Source of the DNA: a virus
Taxonomy: Duplodnaviria; Caudoviricetes
Direction: 5' to 3' (one strand)
Length of the DNA stretch: 64,000 bases
Virus record (IMG/VR): IMGVR_UViG_3300028833_000006
Coordinates: 32,001-96,000 of that record
Shown: piece by piece, positions 39,836 through 48,966 of the stretch
Position numbering within the stretch: position 1 is the stretch's first letter
How the letters are laid out: each line of letters opens with the position of its first letter
Made by a program: the position numbers and the translations under genes
Notes under the pieces: model-generated
The model's input: the letters and a program-made list of their open reading frames with translations, nothing else
Database searches by the model: none
What the model was told of the DNA's origin: nothing

Positions 39836-40573
39836 TTATTTTTTAGTAGTCTTGGCACGAATAATTAACTCATTATGGTCATTATCCCATTCAAGTTTTT
39901 TAATGTTTAGCCCAGACTTCCTATCAAATACTACCTCAGACTCTTGTCCTGTCGGACTAAATAAAGCCTTTGTGCCTTTAGTACCAACATATTCTATCCT
40001 AACTGGATGATGCCAATCCTTAAATGCTGAATCGCTTAATGACAGATTGTATGTCGCTGATTGGAATGTCTTATCATAATAAATTGCGTCATTATTCTCT
40101 AAGAAATTATTAATTTTATCCATTCTCTTCTGCACAATATAGTGCAATACATCTGGGTCAACACTATTTAAATCTGGTGTTGCTAACCCAAATGACTTCA
40201 ACATAGACAGTAACCATTTACCAGTTGTTAACCGAACTACATTTATATCAGCATCAAGTGGCTTCATATTCTTATCCATAGTTGCCAAAGTCTTCTTCAC
40301 TCGATTAAGTCTACTCTCTTGGACTTCTGGACTTAATGCATTCCACTGTGGGTGTTGTGCCCTAATTGCATCATCCAATGGCACTCCGTTCACTTCATGC
40401 TCACGTATCGCCTTATTTAATCTCCAACTCTCTGATGTCTGAAAGTATCCGTACCAATTTGAATCACCGTCAAGAATTGCCTTATCCGCATCTGATATAT
40501 CTGTACTCTTTGTGGCTACGTCCGAATACCCACCGCTATACTGTCTTCTAGAACCATATCCATACGAACCCAT
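39836..40573 (-). CDS. ADP-ribosyltransferase (VIP2/C3-like) with MGSYG N-terminus
   Basis: Y...LNKAIR, VVR, FQSAT and ESEVV (R-S-ExE pattern); RBS before MGSYG. Confidence 0.7.
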   Translation of the reverse strand: MGSYGYGSRRQYSGGYSDVATKSTDISDADKAILDGDSNWYGYFQTSESWRLNKAIREHEVNGVPLDDAIRAQHPQWNALSPEVQESRLNRVKKTLATMDKNMKPLDADINVVRLTTGKWLLSMLKSFGLATPDLNSVDPDVLHYIVQKRMDKINNFLENNDAIYYDKTFQSATYNLSLSDSAFKDWHHPVRIEYVGTKGTKALFSPTGQESEVVFDRKSGLNIKKLEWDNDHNELIIRAKTTKK

Positions 40574-40622
40574 AATCCATCTCCCAATAAGAAAGCACCC
40601 ACAATCCGTTGGGTGTAGGTAC

Positions 40623-40769
40623 TCACTTTTTCTTCTTCTCCTTGTAACCAGACTTCTCAATAGCGTAACCTTGCTTTATGGCTTTCTGCTTTGCGCCCTT
40701 ACCGCAATATACTGTCTGATTACCCCACTGATAACAATCTTTCTTACCTTTTACTTTATGTACTGGCAT
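40623..40769 (-). CDS. Small basic phage protein (48 aa)
   Basis: Below ORF-track cutoff; MPVHKVKGKKDCYQWGNQTVY...KAIKQGYAI; GAGGTG RBS. Confidence 0.6.
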   Translation of the reverse strand: MPVHKVKGKKDCYQWGNQTVYCGKGAKQKAIKQGYAIEKSGYKEKKKK

Positions 40770-40907
40770 ATTTACACCTCGTAGTTAACTTAATTACAAT
40801 CTATGTTAACTATTTTATCATATAAGTTAAAAATTTCCAACACGAAAAATGTAGGCTAACATAACAAAATGGGCAACCACCCCATAAAGATGATTGCCCA
40901 ACTCGGT

Positions 40908-41114
40908 TTAATACATCATGTCTAAGCAACTTGCTACTGCTTGCGGTGAATGACTTGCTGACACACCCTTTACGTATCCGTCATAGTCATCCTTGATATG
41001 CGCCTTAACGCTATCAGTATTGAAATACTTCACCATCTCATCGGTGCTGTAACCGCACCCCATGAATGCCTTTCTTACCGCCTTTGTGTAATCCTCAAAT
41101 GTCATCTTACTCAT
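40908..41114 (-). CDS. Small protein coupled to the upstream effector gene
   Basis: ATGA overlap with 41111..41866. Confidence 0.55.
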   Translation of the reverse strand: MSKMTFEDYTKAVRKAFMGCGYSTDEMVKYFNTDSVKAHIKDDYDGYVKGVSASHSPQAVASCLDMMY

Positions 41115-41866
41115 CTCTGTTCTCCTTTCTTCTCCTTTATTTGTCTATCACGATATGCATATGCATTATCATAACCGTCATCACCGACATATGGCTTTGT
41201 GTTCTTTAGGAATGTATCTAAATCAGTATTCTTGACATTGCCTATACCAACATACTTATAAAATACAACTTCCTCTTCGCCACAGCCACTTTTATCCCAA
41301 CCATCTGGTGCGTAATCCTTATTAAATGGTGTCCAACTAATCGGCTCAAATCCATTGGCTGTATAGAACTTATGGTTACCTGCGAAACTATCAAGTTTCC
41401 TACCACCCATCTTAACTGCTTGGGCTAATAAATCCTTACCACGGACTGTATTATCACCCTGTTTCTTACATACACTAATGATATCACCCTCGTCTGTCAC
41501 GGCTACTGTAGAACCACCTTTGGATGTCCAACACTTACTATTGTGTTCTTTGTAGTCATCTGCGGTATGAACATCTACTCGCCACTTATCCTCAACTGGT
41601 CTTGATTCCTTGGCACTTGTAATATCTTTGTGGAATGTTGTAGCATCTACTGACCTACCACTATCACTGTTTGACTTACCATTAAGCCTATCTCTTTCAG
41701 CCTTTGCCTTGGCTATCTGCTGTTCCTTGACATCCTCATTATGGTCTGCAACGCTACGATTATCACCAAATGCTTTTCGTATAGCGTCTGCTTTAGTCTC
41801 GCCTGCACCTATCGGTATATGTTTACCATTAACGGTTATCCATTGCAAATCTTTACTATCTGCCAT
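41111..41866 (-). CDS. WITVNG-leader protein with GNAT-like acetyltransferase domain
   Basis: Shared leader; DIISVC...RGKDLLAQA...LDSF...FYTANGF. Confidence 0.55.
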   Translation of the reverse strand: MADSKDLQWITVNGKHIPIGAGETKADAIRKAFGDNRSVADHNEDVKEQQIAKAKAERDRLNGKSNSDSGRSVDATTFHKDITSAKESRPVEDKWRVDVHTADDYKEHNSKCWTSKGGSTVAVTDEGDIISVCKKQGDNTVRGKDLLAQAVKMGGRKLDSFAGNHKFYTANGFEPISWTPFNKDYAPDGWDKSGCGEEEVVFYKYVGIGNVKNTDLDTFLKNTKPYVGDDGYDNAYAYRDRQIKEKKGEQR

Positions 41867-41867
41867 A

Positions 41868-42047
41868 TCACACCTCTAATACTTCTGCTAAATCATCTTC
41901 ACCAACTGCGTATACCTCATCATTGTTTGCTTTAACACCCCACGCATCAAGTTCTCTATCATATCCCATTACTTCATATATCTCGCCTTTGGTATATGCC
42001 CAACTTGACTCGCCTAAATATCTTACTTTCTTTCCTGCTTCTAACAT
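41868..42047 (-). CDS. Small SH3-like protein (possible immunity partner)
   Basis: KVRYLGE...KGEIYEV; directly downstream of 42058..42579. Confidence 0.5.
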   Translation of the reverse strand: MLEAGKKVRYLGESSWAYTKGEIYEVMGYDRELDAWGVKANNDEVYAVGEDDLAEVLEV

Positions 42048-42057
42048 TTTACCCTCC

Positions 42058-42579
42058 TTACTTACGTGTTTCAAGGTTTCTTATATGCTCTTTAATAAAT
42101 GCTTCTCTGACTTTTTTATCTTTACCCTGTACCCAATGTACCTCACGATTTAAGGTTACTTTACCATTAGTTATTTGTGCCATTCCTGCACAATGTTGCC
42201 AATCTTCTGGTTTACCACCCCAACGCTTTGCGTACTTAGATGCATCTCTAAATTCTTTTGAGCATCCTTTTCCTGCAAACACATATACATTCTTTATAAA
42301 TGTACCATTCTTAAATCTGTACCTCTGTTTAGTCCTTAGATTTAACACATCAGATGATGTATTAGCCTCACTCGCTGGGATATCTGGTAAGTATAATATC
42401 TTTGGAAGTGGTTTTCTGCTATCAGCCTCTTCCTTATTTCTCGCCATCTGCTTATTCTTTATCTCTTCATTCTTCCTAGCGATAGACTCATTTTTAATCT
42501 GAGATTGAGATTTGTAATTAGGGTCTAGTAGTATATGCTTACCATTTACTGTTACCCAACGCATTTCTTGGTTTGCCAT
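42058..42579 (-). CDS. WVTVNG-leader protein with putative toxin/nuclease domain
   Basis: Shared leader; VFAGKG...WQHCAG...EVHW C-terminal domain. Confidence 0.5.
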   Translation of the reverse strand: MANQEMRWVTVNGKHILLDPNYKSQSQIKNESIARKNEEIKNKQMARNKEEADSRKPLPKILYLPDIPASEANTSSDVLNLRTKQRYRFKNGTFIKNVYVFAGKGCSKEFRDASKYAKRWGGKPEDWQHCAGMAQITNGKVTLNREVHWVQGKDKKVREAFIKEHIRNLETRK

Positions 42580-42590
42580 ATATCACACCC

Positions 42591-43877
42591 CTACTTCTTC
42601 TTGGGATGCTCTTTATCCCACTGTGCTTTTCGCTTCTCAGCATAAGCATTGTATTCAAATATCTTATCAGGTGTATAATTGAATGACTCATCGTGCTCTG
42701 CACTCTGAAAAGTATTCCATCTACCTTGGTCTATAATAGATAACTTCTTGCCACCAGTCTGACTTGCTACCTTAGTTAACTTCCTACCCGTATTATCCCA
42801 CAATGTAAAACTATCATAAAGACTTGCTATCTCTGGCACTGCCTTTTGTGCTTTCCTATGTGCACCCATCAATACTTCTACAGGGACTAAACGGTTCATA
42901 CCATAATCGTCACCCTTACAGTATCTGTATATGGAATTTTCCCTTACCGTAGGTTCGTCTGCAAAAATATAGTTTTGGTGACAAGTATAACCCTTATCAC
43001 GACACGACTTCAATCTTCTCTCGACACTCTTAGATTTTGTTGCTGTACCATCGTACATTACGGGATAGTTGTTATCTATAGCCATTGACCATACTTGGTC
43101 GGCTAATGCGGAACTTTCATTGTGGTAGTATCCTGCATTGAACAAATCTTCTATCTTGGCATCAGGATTAGCTGCCTTAAGCGACTTAAACTCATCGTCA
43201 TACATACCATTAGCCAAATCGTGTCTCCACAGCATGTACTTCAATCTGTCTGCGTCTATAACCAAATGTTGTTTATCACTGCCATAGAATTTACTAAACC
43301 CACTACCTTCAAGTGACATTGCGCTTAATTGCCCCTTACCAGCAGCACCACCGCCACCAGTAAACAACGCTTTCTTCTCCTCACCGGGCGCATAAGGCTT
43401 ATATGTAACTGGATGGTCTTCTCCATTTACGGGTATCTTATTAAAATAATCCTCAAGAACTTCTCTATGAATATCTGCTCTCTCTTGTGTGAGATTTCCA
43501 TTCTTATCAAGTGCTCTATACATAGAGTCGCCATTAGGGAACTTATCATTAGGTTGTGTAGTAGTAATCTCATCATACTCACCTAACTTATAATCTTTAC
43601 CCTTAAATGACATCACGCCATTCTTGTTAGTTACTTTAGTACCTTGTGTGAGATTATCACGATATTTCTGCTCATCTTGCAATCTCTTCGCCTCGGATTG
43701 GGCTTTGGCTATATCAGACTGTTGCTTATCAACTGCCTTTGCGCCACGCTTACTGGCCTTTGCTTGTGACTGTTCCTTAACCCAACGCTTTACAGCATCA
43801 TCTTTAGATTCACCGTCATATAAGGGTACATGATTACCATTTATGGTTATCCAATTTTTCGGTTCTTTATTCGCCAT
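42591..43877 (-). CDS. WITING-leader protein with zeta-toxin-like P-loop kinase
   Basis: Shared leader; TGGGGAAGKG Walker A, IDAD, YDGT, RLVP and WDNT motifs. Confidence 0.7.
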   Translation of the reverse strand: MANKEPKNWITINGNHVPLYDGESKDDAVKRWVKEQSQAKASKRGAKAVDKQQSDIAKAQSEAKRLQDEQKYRDNLTQGTKVTNKNGVMSFKGKDYKLGEYDEITTTQPNDKFPNGDSMYRALDKNGNLTQERADIHREVLEDYFNKIPVNGEDHPVTYKPYAPGEEKKALFTGGGGAAGKGQLSAMSLEGSGFSKFYGSDKQHLVIDADRLKYMLWRHDLANGMYDDEFKSLKAANPDAKIEDLFNAGYYHNESSALADQVWSMAIDNNYPVMYDGTATKSKSVERRLKSCRDKGYTCHQNYIFADEPTVRENSIYRYCKGDDYGMNRLVPVEVLMGAHRKAQKAVPEIASLYDSFTLWDNTGRKLTKVASQTGGKKLSIIDQGRWNTFQSAEHDESFNYTPDKIFEYNAYAEKRKAQWDKEHPKKK

Positions 43878-43889
43878 ACTAGTACCCCC

Positions 43890-44147
43890 TTACCACGGTA
43901 TATTATGCTCTGCTCTAGACGCATAATCAAGTAATCTAAGTTTATACAACTCGTAATCAGCCTTATTCGCAAAATTATTTGCGCCCTTGATTGGTCTCCG
44001 ATTGACAATATCACCATATGCAATTGCGTCTACCTTGTTGTACTGCGGATTGTCATAATCACAATCATAATCAGCAATAACCTTTGGGTCATAGGTGACA
44101 TTCTTGTAATAGGCAATCTCTTTTGGTGTCAAATTTTTATTTGCCAT
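43890..44147 (-). CDS. Hypothetical protein (upstream of the zeta-like gene, possible antitoxin)
   Basis: AAAGGAGG RBS; first gene after a promoter repeat. Confidence 0.5.
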   Translation of the reverse strand: MANKNLTPKEIAYYKNVTYDPKVIADYDCDYDNPQYNKVDAIAYGDIVNRRPIKGANNFANKADYELYKLRLLDYASRAEHNIPW

Positions 44148-44406
44148 CTTCTTATCCTCCTTTCCTATTCTCTTTCCATAATAAGTATATACCAATATGT
44201 CAAGAGTGTCAATAGGAATTTTGAAAAATTTTTCAATATTTACTTTAAATCATCTTCTTCTGGGTCTTCCCACCACGGTATTTGTATCATATAATATACC
44301 CAATAGTTTACATAATAAAACAACCTATCCATATTATACTGAATAGGTTGCCTAATGTCTACTCTTCTTCACTAGTTTCCATTTTTCTATACGCAAAAAA
44401 TGTAGG

Positions 44407-44598
44407 CTACGCTCTCCGTGCAATTGTGATATCGTTACTAATTTTTAAACTTGTCGCCCTTTCCAAATCTTCTGCTCTGACTACTATCATATTTGCCATT
44501 GGTCTTGATTCTATTGGATATATACCATTCTTATTAAGTTTCTTAATCTGCTTTGATATAACTGAATAGTTCTGCATTGTCTTCATATTATATTCCAC
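44407..44598 (-). CDS. Hypothetical protein
   Basis: ORF track. Confidence 0.4.
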   Translation of the reverse strand: MEYNMKTMQNYSVISKQIKKLNKNGIYPIESRPMANMIVVRAEDLERATSLKISNDITIARRA

Positions 44599-44767
44599 TA
44601 ATCTCCCTCACATAACAATCATCTAGTTTTGCGAAATCAGACCTACCTGCACCTATCCGAACATACAACTTACCGTCATCCTTATTCAAATATACTCTAT
44701 TCCACTCCTCGTCATCATCAAGCCACACTATAACCTTTGTAATTACAAATCCGTCTGTTCTTGTCAT
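44588..44767 (-). CDS. Hypothetical protein
   Basis: Start MTRTD after AAGGAG. Confidence 0.45.
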   Translation of the reverse strand: MTRTDGFVITKVIVWLDDDEEWNRVYLNKDDGKLYVRIGAGRSDFAKLDDCYVREISGI

Positions 44768-44781
44768 ACCAATTCTCCTTT

Positions 44782-45081
44782 CTACTCTGCCCACACACAT
44801 CTCTCACTGTACGGAACATATCTCTTTGCTACCTTAAACCACTTCTTATTATCAAGCGAAACCTCTAAATATTCACATACCATTGTGACATCATAAGTTG
44901 AGCACATTCTGTAATCTCTCTTAATATAATTATCGCCCAAATCCTTGACGCAACGAAGATATCTGTAAAAACCGTCCTTGATATAATACACGATATCCTT
45001 AATTAAAGGTTCTTCACCCTTAATAATCTCTTCCCAACCCATTGCTTTCATATTATTTACGGATAATTCTGCTCTAGTCAT
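44782..45081 (-). CDS. Hypothetical protein
   Basis: AAAGGAG RBS after a promoter repeat. Confidence 0.55.
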   Translation of the reverse strand: MTRAELSVNNMKAMGWEEIIKGEEPLIKDIVYYIKDGFYRYLRCVKDLGDNYIKRDYRMCSTYDVTMVCEYLEVSLDNKKWFKVAKRYVPYSERCVWAE

Positions 45082-45237
45082 ATTGGTTATCTCCTTTCCT
45101 TACAATACCATTATAGGTGTATACTTATATATTGTCAAGTAATTTTTGAAAAATTTTTCAAATGACTTACACTTGAATCATATATGATACATTTAATACA
45201 ACAAAAAGGACAGCCAAAACTGACTGTCCAATTTAAA

Positions 45238-45894
45238 TCATATTAACTTAGTTTGGTGTGGTTTCTTTTTGTCTACAACCGTCATATGCCGTAATTTACC
45301 TGCACAACTCCTAGAACAAGTTTTAGTCGGCTCATACTTGTTTATACTAAACTCCTTACCGCAAATGACACATACCCTAGTAACATTATCCTTACCAACA
45401 TGTCTCCTATAATAAGATTTACAAGCATTGCTACAAAAAGTATTCTTCTTACCTGTATTGCACGCAATAAACTCTTTGCCACAATTAGTGCATGTACATG
45501 TTATGGGTGCATTTAAAATACCCCGCTCTATTAACCGCTTTGCGTTCTCTCTACTAACGGCTCTACCCTCTTCTGACCTATGCCACGCACTCGCTCTACT
45601 TCTATACCTGGCTAATGTTTCAATATCCTTTTGTAATCTTTCTTCGGACTTATGTGTTCCATGATATGTAGAATGCGTCTCATTTGATAAACATTCTAAA
45701 TTAGATATATCATTATTGCCACGGTTCTCATCCCTATGGTGTATTACACAACCTTTTGGAATCACACCCACTTCATGTTCCCACACATATCTATGCATCA
45801 AAACCGTATGACCATCAAGTTTTGTAATAAAATATCCATCAGACCGCCTAGTAAATTTAATACCATTGTAAAATTGTACCCTACTCTCTGCCAT
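45238..45894 (-). CDS. Free-standing HNH homing endonuclease with C-terminal zinc fingers
   Basis: MHRYVWE...IHHRDENRGNNDISNL; CxxC...FCSxxC repeats; AGGAGG RBS before MAESR. Confidence 0.85.
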   Translation of the reverse strand: MAESRVQFYNGIKFTRRSDGYFITKLDGHTVLMHRYVWEHEVGVIPKGCVIHHRDENRGNNDISNLECLSNETHSTYHGTHKSEERLQKDIETLARYRSRASAWHRSEEGRAVSRENAKRLIERGILNAPITCTCTNCGKEFIACNTGKKNTFCSNACKSYYRRHVGKDNVTRVCVICGKEFSINKYEPTKTCSRSCAGKLRHMTVVDKKKPHQTKLI

Positions 45895-45972
45895 ATCATA
45901 CCTCCTATATATAGGAATAGTATAACAAGAATAGGCAGAAAAGTAAATATCCGTATCGCACAATATCCGCAA

Positions 45973-46428
45973 TTAGTTACCTTTTCTACTTGCGTATTTG
46001 TCAATACCGTACCTTACCGCATCAATACTGTGGTCGTTCCCATCTGGATATGCACTAATGAAATTACCTTCCTTGTCTGTCTCATACTCATAGTTAGTAA
46101 ATTCTGCATAGGTGTAGGGGCACTTTCGTCTATCTATATAAATGTGATTAAGTCCCTGTAACCACTTCATAGAATAAGTACGACTCTCTGGCCCCTTTAC
46201 AGCACCACGGATAAATGCGCCATACGCCTTAAAGTCTGCTATTGACTTCGGCTCTGCGGAATCTGCGATAAGTTGCTCATCCTTCCTAATGAGTTTTTTC
46301 TCCTCATATAACTCATCAAAAATTTCCTTATTCCTCTTCATATAGGTGTTGTATTCTCTAAAGATGTACAAATCTAAATGCTTAGCATCAAAATGCATTT
46401 TAACAAATCTAGTAGGGTCTTTAGCGAA
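45973..46428 (-). CDS. terL: Terminase large subunit (PBSX family), exon 3
   Basis: FAKDP, ADSAEPKSI and DHSIDAVRY nuclease motifs; join(47968..47556,47122..46702,46428..45973) = 1290 nt, 429 aa in frame. Confidence 0.88.
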   Translation of the reverse strand, partial: FAKDPTRFVKMHFDAKHLDLYIFREYNTYMKRNKEIFDELYEEKKLIRKDEQLIADSAEPKSIADFKAYGAFIRGAVKGPESRTYSMKWLQGLNHIYIDRRKCPYTYAEFTNYEYETDKEGNFISAYPDGNDHSIDAVRYGIDKYASRKGN

Positions 46429-46701
46429 CATATTTAACCCTTATCTACCCTCGGTTTCCCGATATTTATTAGGGGATTAGACTATCTCTTAATATTATGG
46501 TTTACATAATATTCAGTGCACTTCGGACTGTGCTAATCTCAGCCCTACTTCCTTACGGAATAGTCGTTACACCTTTCCTTTCGGACTTGGCACGGTATTG
46601 TCATAGGCTGTTGCCCTTAGAGTTTCACCGTTAGCCGTATCTTCATATGACACCGCTTTTGCTTGCGTTCACACTGTTTTATACTGGAGCTACGCTACCC
46701 A
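46429..46701 (-). ncRNA. Group I intron 2 in terL (no ORF)
   Basis: Interrupts GLDWG|FAKDP after U and ends in G; P CTAACGGTGAAA, Q CAATACCGTG, R GTAACGACTA, S AAGAGATAGTCT. Confidence 0.85.
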
Positions 46702-47122
46702 ACCCCAGTCCAATCCATTATAAATCTTGTCAAATGTCTGCCACATAGGTACTTGTCTGTCACCCATCTCTACCAGTTGCTCCATGTCCAAGTCTTCTGC
46801 ATTAGGGAATACATCTCCACCTGTACCAATGGCTACACCCATGTATTCATGGATATAGGCTCTCTCATTCCTCTGCCTTAACTCCTCTGCCTCTTCCACA
46901 AACTGCATCCCTAGCCAGTCTATAGGGACATCAAAGTAAGTATTACTTGTTACTAATGTATTCTCTTGCAACTCTGCCTGCTCTGCATATTGATTAGCCC
47001 AATTAAGTTTACTGATAGGAGGGTTGAATGTTCTAAAATCCCAAAAGTTTTGACCACCACGCATTGTAGACTGTAATACCTTACGTATCTCTGCCTCGCC
47101 TGCGAACTGGTCAAGTTCCTCA
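46702..47122 (-). CDS. terL: Terminase large subunit, exon 2
   Basis: EELDQFAG Walker B, TFNPP, YIHEYMG and GLDWG. Confidence 0.85.
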
Positions 47123-47555
47123 CTTGGAGCATTGCGTATATAGCGTAAAGTTTTGTTATACGCTCCTATATTACTATAGGGTTCGGACTATATCATACTG
47201 TATATAACTGTTACCATTACATACAGCCCTTGCGCTTCGCTTTCGCTACTCTACTTACTTCTTCACATAAGGATTTCTCTTATGCTATGCTTTCGATAGT
47301 CTCTGAGCCTTCCTATCACATGGTTTGTGCATATTGCACAATGGATTTCTGAAATCGCAAAATCAGTTTGTATTTCCCTAGGGGAGATTTTTTATACCCC
47401 AAGGATACCCAATTCCGCAAACCCTTGATTTTACTGCATTTGTAGACTTATGTGCAAATTGCACAATAAAATGATAGGCTTGGTTGCTGATTGTCCTATA
47501 TGCGTATAGGATTTCCAGCAGTTCACAAGGTTTTACATGGTCTGAGGTCTAGTTA
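47123..47555 (-). ncRNA. Group I intron 1 in terL (no ORF)
   Basis: Interrupts ITWF|EELDQ; P AACTGCTGGAAA, Q AATCAGCAACCAAG, R TCAGAGACTA, S GATATAGTCCG; U before the 5' splice site and terminal G. Confidence 0.88.
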
Positions 47556-47968
47556 AACCATGTTATCCCGATGTAGCCAAATGACAGTTTGATTGACTTA
47601 ACCTTATTTGGGTCATCTAACCCCATAAAGATTATCTTCTGGCCAGTCGGAATATATGTTATAGGTGTTGAATAAGTTTTTGGAATCTTAAACAGACTGT
47701 CTACCCCTAACTGATATATCCCCCATACTACTTGGGCAAATATACTGTTCTGTATTGTATTTCCTACCTTGCGGAAACATACAGCGTGTACAGTGGGATT
47801 TGACATAATGAGTAGCGGAATACAAATACCACCGTAAAAAGAAGACTTTGTACTTCCTCTACCACCTTTACCAACATAATGTGTATGCTTATGTTGTAAT
47901 ATATCTTGTAGAATAGGTTTATACATAGGTATAATACATCTATCTAAAGATATACTCATATCACTCAT
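47556..47968 (-). CDS. terL: Terminase large subunit, exon 1
   Basis: KGGRGSTKSS Walker A, FRKVGNTI and GLDDPNKVKSI; GGAGG RBS. Confidence 0.88.
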
Positions 47969-48193
47969 TCTCTTACCTCCTTTTATTTTACTCTGTGTCA
48001 ATATTCAATTTTCAAGGTGCACATCATGGTGGTGTAGCCACTCGCTATTATCCACCCACCACTCAACTTATTGTTATTGTACTGTCCAATTTATCACTCT
48101 GTCAAATATTTGTACACAATGGGTACAAAAAAGGCTTGTTTTATACGCAAGCCTTATATTTTCCCTATAGGAACTTTTTATCTATGTATAGTC

Positions 48194-48712
48194 TTATGTG
48201 AGGTCAAGATTGCCCATTTCATCAGCATTTTCAGTTGGTGTAGCCACTATGTCCTTGACCAATTTCATCCCACTCTCTGCACTCTCACTACTAGCCCAAT
48301 CTAATGTTATCTTTATCTCTGGTGTCTTATTGCTCTCTAACTTATTAGGTATGTCTATAAGCCTTTTTGCCAACTCTTGTGCCGCCTTTGTGCGCTCTGC
48401 TAAACTCGCTTCAAGTCCGAATTGGTCTGTGATTTCGCCCCTTGCCACTGAACTGAAATATTCGAGCACTTCTTCTGCTGTCATAATGCTAGATTTCCTT
48501 ATTTCTTGCATTCTGTAAGCAATTTCATTGGCGATATAGTCTTTTTTCAGCAGTGCGTTTGCTTGCTGTGCAGGTGTCCTACTCTTATATCCTGCATTAA
48601 TTGCACTTTGAGAAGCATTACTTGTTTCTATATATTCTGATATAAACTTATCTTCTCTTGGCGTTAAGGGATGTCCTGTATATGTTGTTAATTTTGTATT
48701 TACTTTTGGCAT
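48194..48712 (-). CDS. terS: Terminase small subunit
   Basis: LTPREDKFISEYI...NASQSAINAGY, EVLEYFSSVARGE and RTKAAQELAKR. Confidence 0.88.
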   Translation of the reverse strand: MPKVNTKLTTYTGHPLTPREDKFISEYIETSNASQSAINAGYKSRTPAQQANALLKKDYIANEIAYRMQEIRKSSIMTAEEVLEYFSSVARGEITDQFGLEASLAERTKAAQELAKRLIDIPNKLESNKTPEIKITLDWASSESAESGMKLVKDIVATPTENADEMGNLDLT

Positions 48713-48783
48713 ACTTATTATATACCTCTTTCTCTAATCTCTTATTCCGCCCGACTTTTGGGGATTTTTATATGACATGTATG

Positions 48784-48966
48784 TCATTTATTTACTTCTT
48801 GTACTAATCCTTTTGTTATCCAACTTAATGGTACTGCTTTTTGGTATCCCTTTATTGAATTTTGCCCCCGATTTTCCGTGAATTTTACTGCTATTCTAGG
48901 GTCTGCTTTTCCTAATTCTGTTAGTATAAATTTTGTATTTTCTGTTGCATGTTTATAAGTTACCAT
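48784..48966 (-). CDS. Hypothetical protein
   Basis: 60-aa ORF with AGGAG RBS. Confidence 0.45.
   Translation of the reverse strand: MVTYKHATENTKFILTELGKADPRIAVKFTENRGQNSIKGYQKAVPLSWITKGLVQEVNK

Larger units (their letters stand above)
24200..45161 (-). promoter_or_regulatory. Repeated sigma70-type promoter with upstream palindrome TTGAAAAATTTTTCAA (about 13 copies)
   Basis: TTGACA-17-TATA(A/C)T; -35 boxes (plus-strand TGTCAA) at 24231, 24973, 26647, 28171, 29367, 30943, 33503, 34190, 34606, 35850, 38580, 44207, 45133; a similar element at 62042. Confidence 0.85.

Noticed and set aside
24200-45161. Promoter repeats or TGACA palindromes as a CRISPR array
   Set aside because: Spacing is hundreds to thousands of bp and irregular, with genes in between; no cas genes
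45973-48001. terL fragments as a pseudogene or as stop-codon recoding
   Set aside because: The gaps contain complete group I P/Q/R/S elements and splicing restores the frame; other genes use all three stop codons normally
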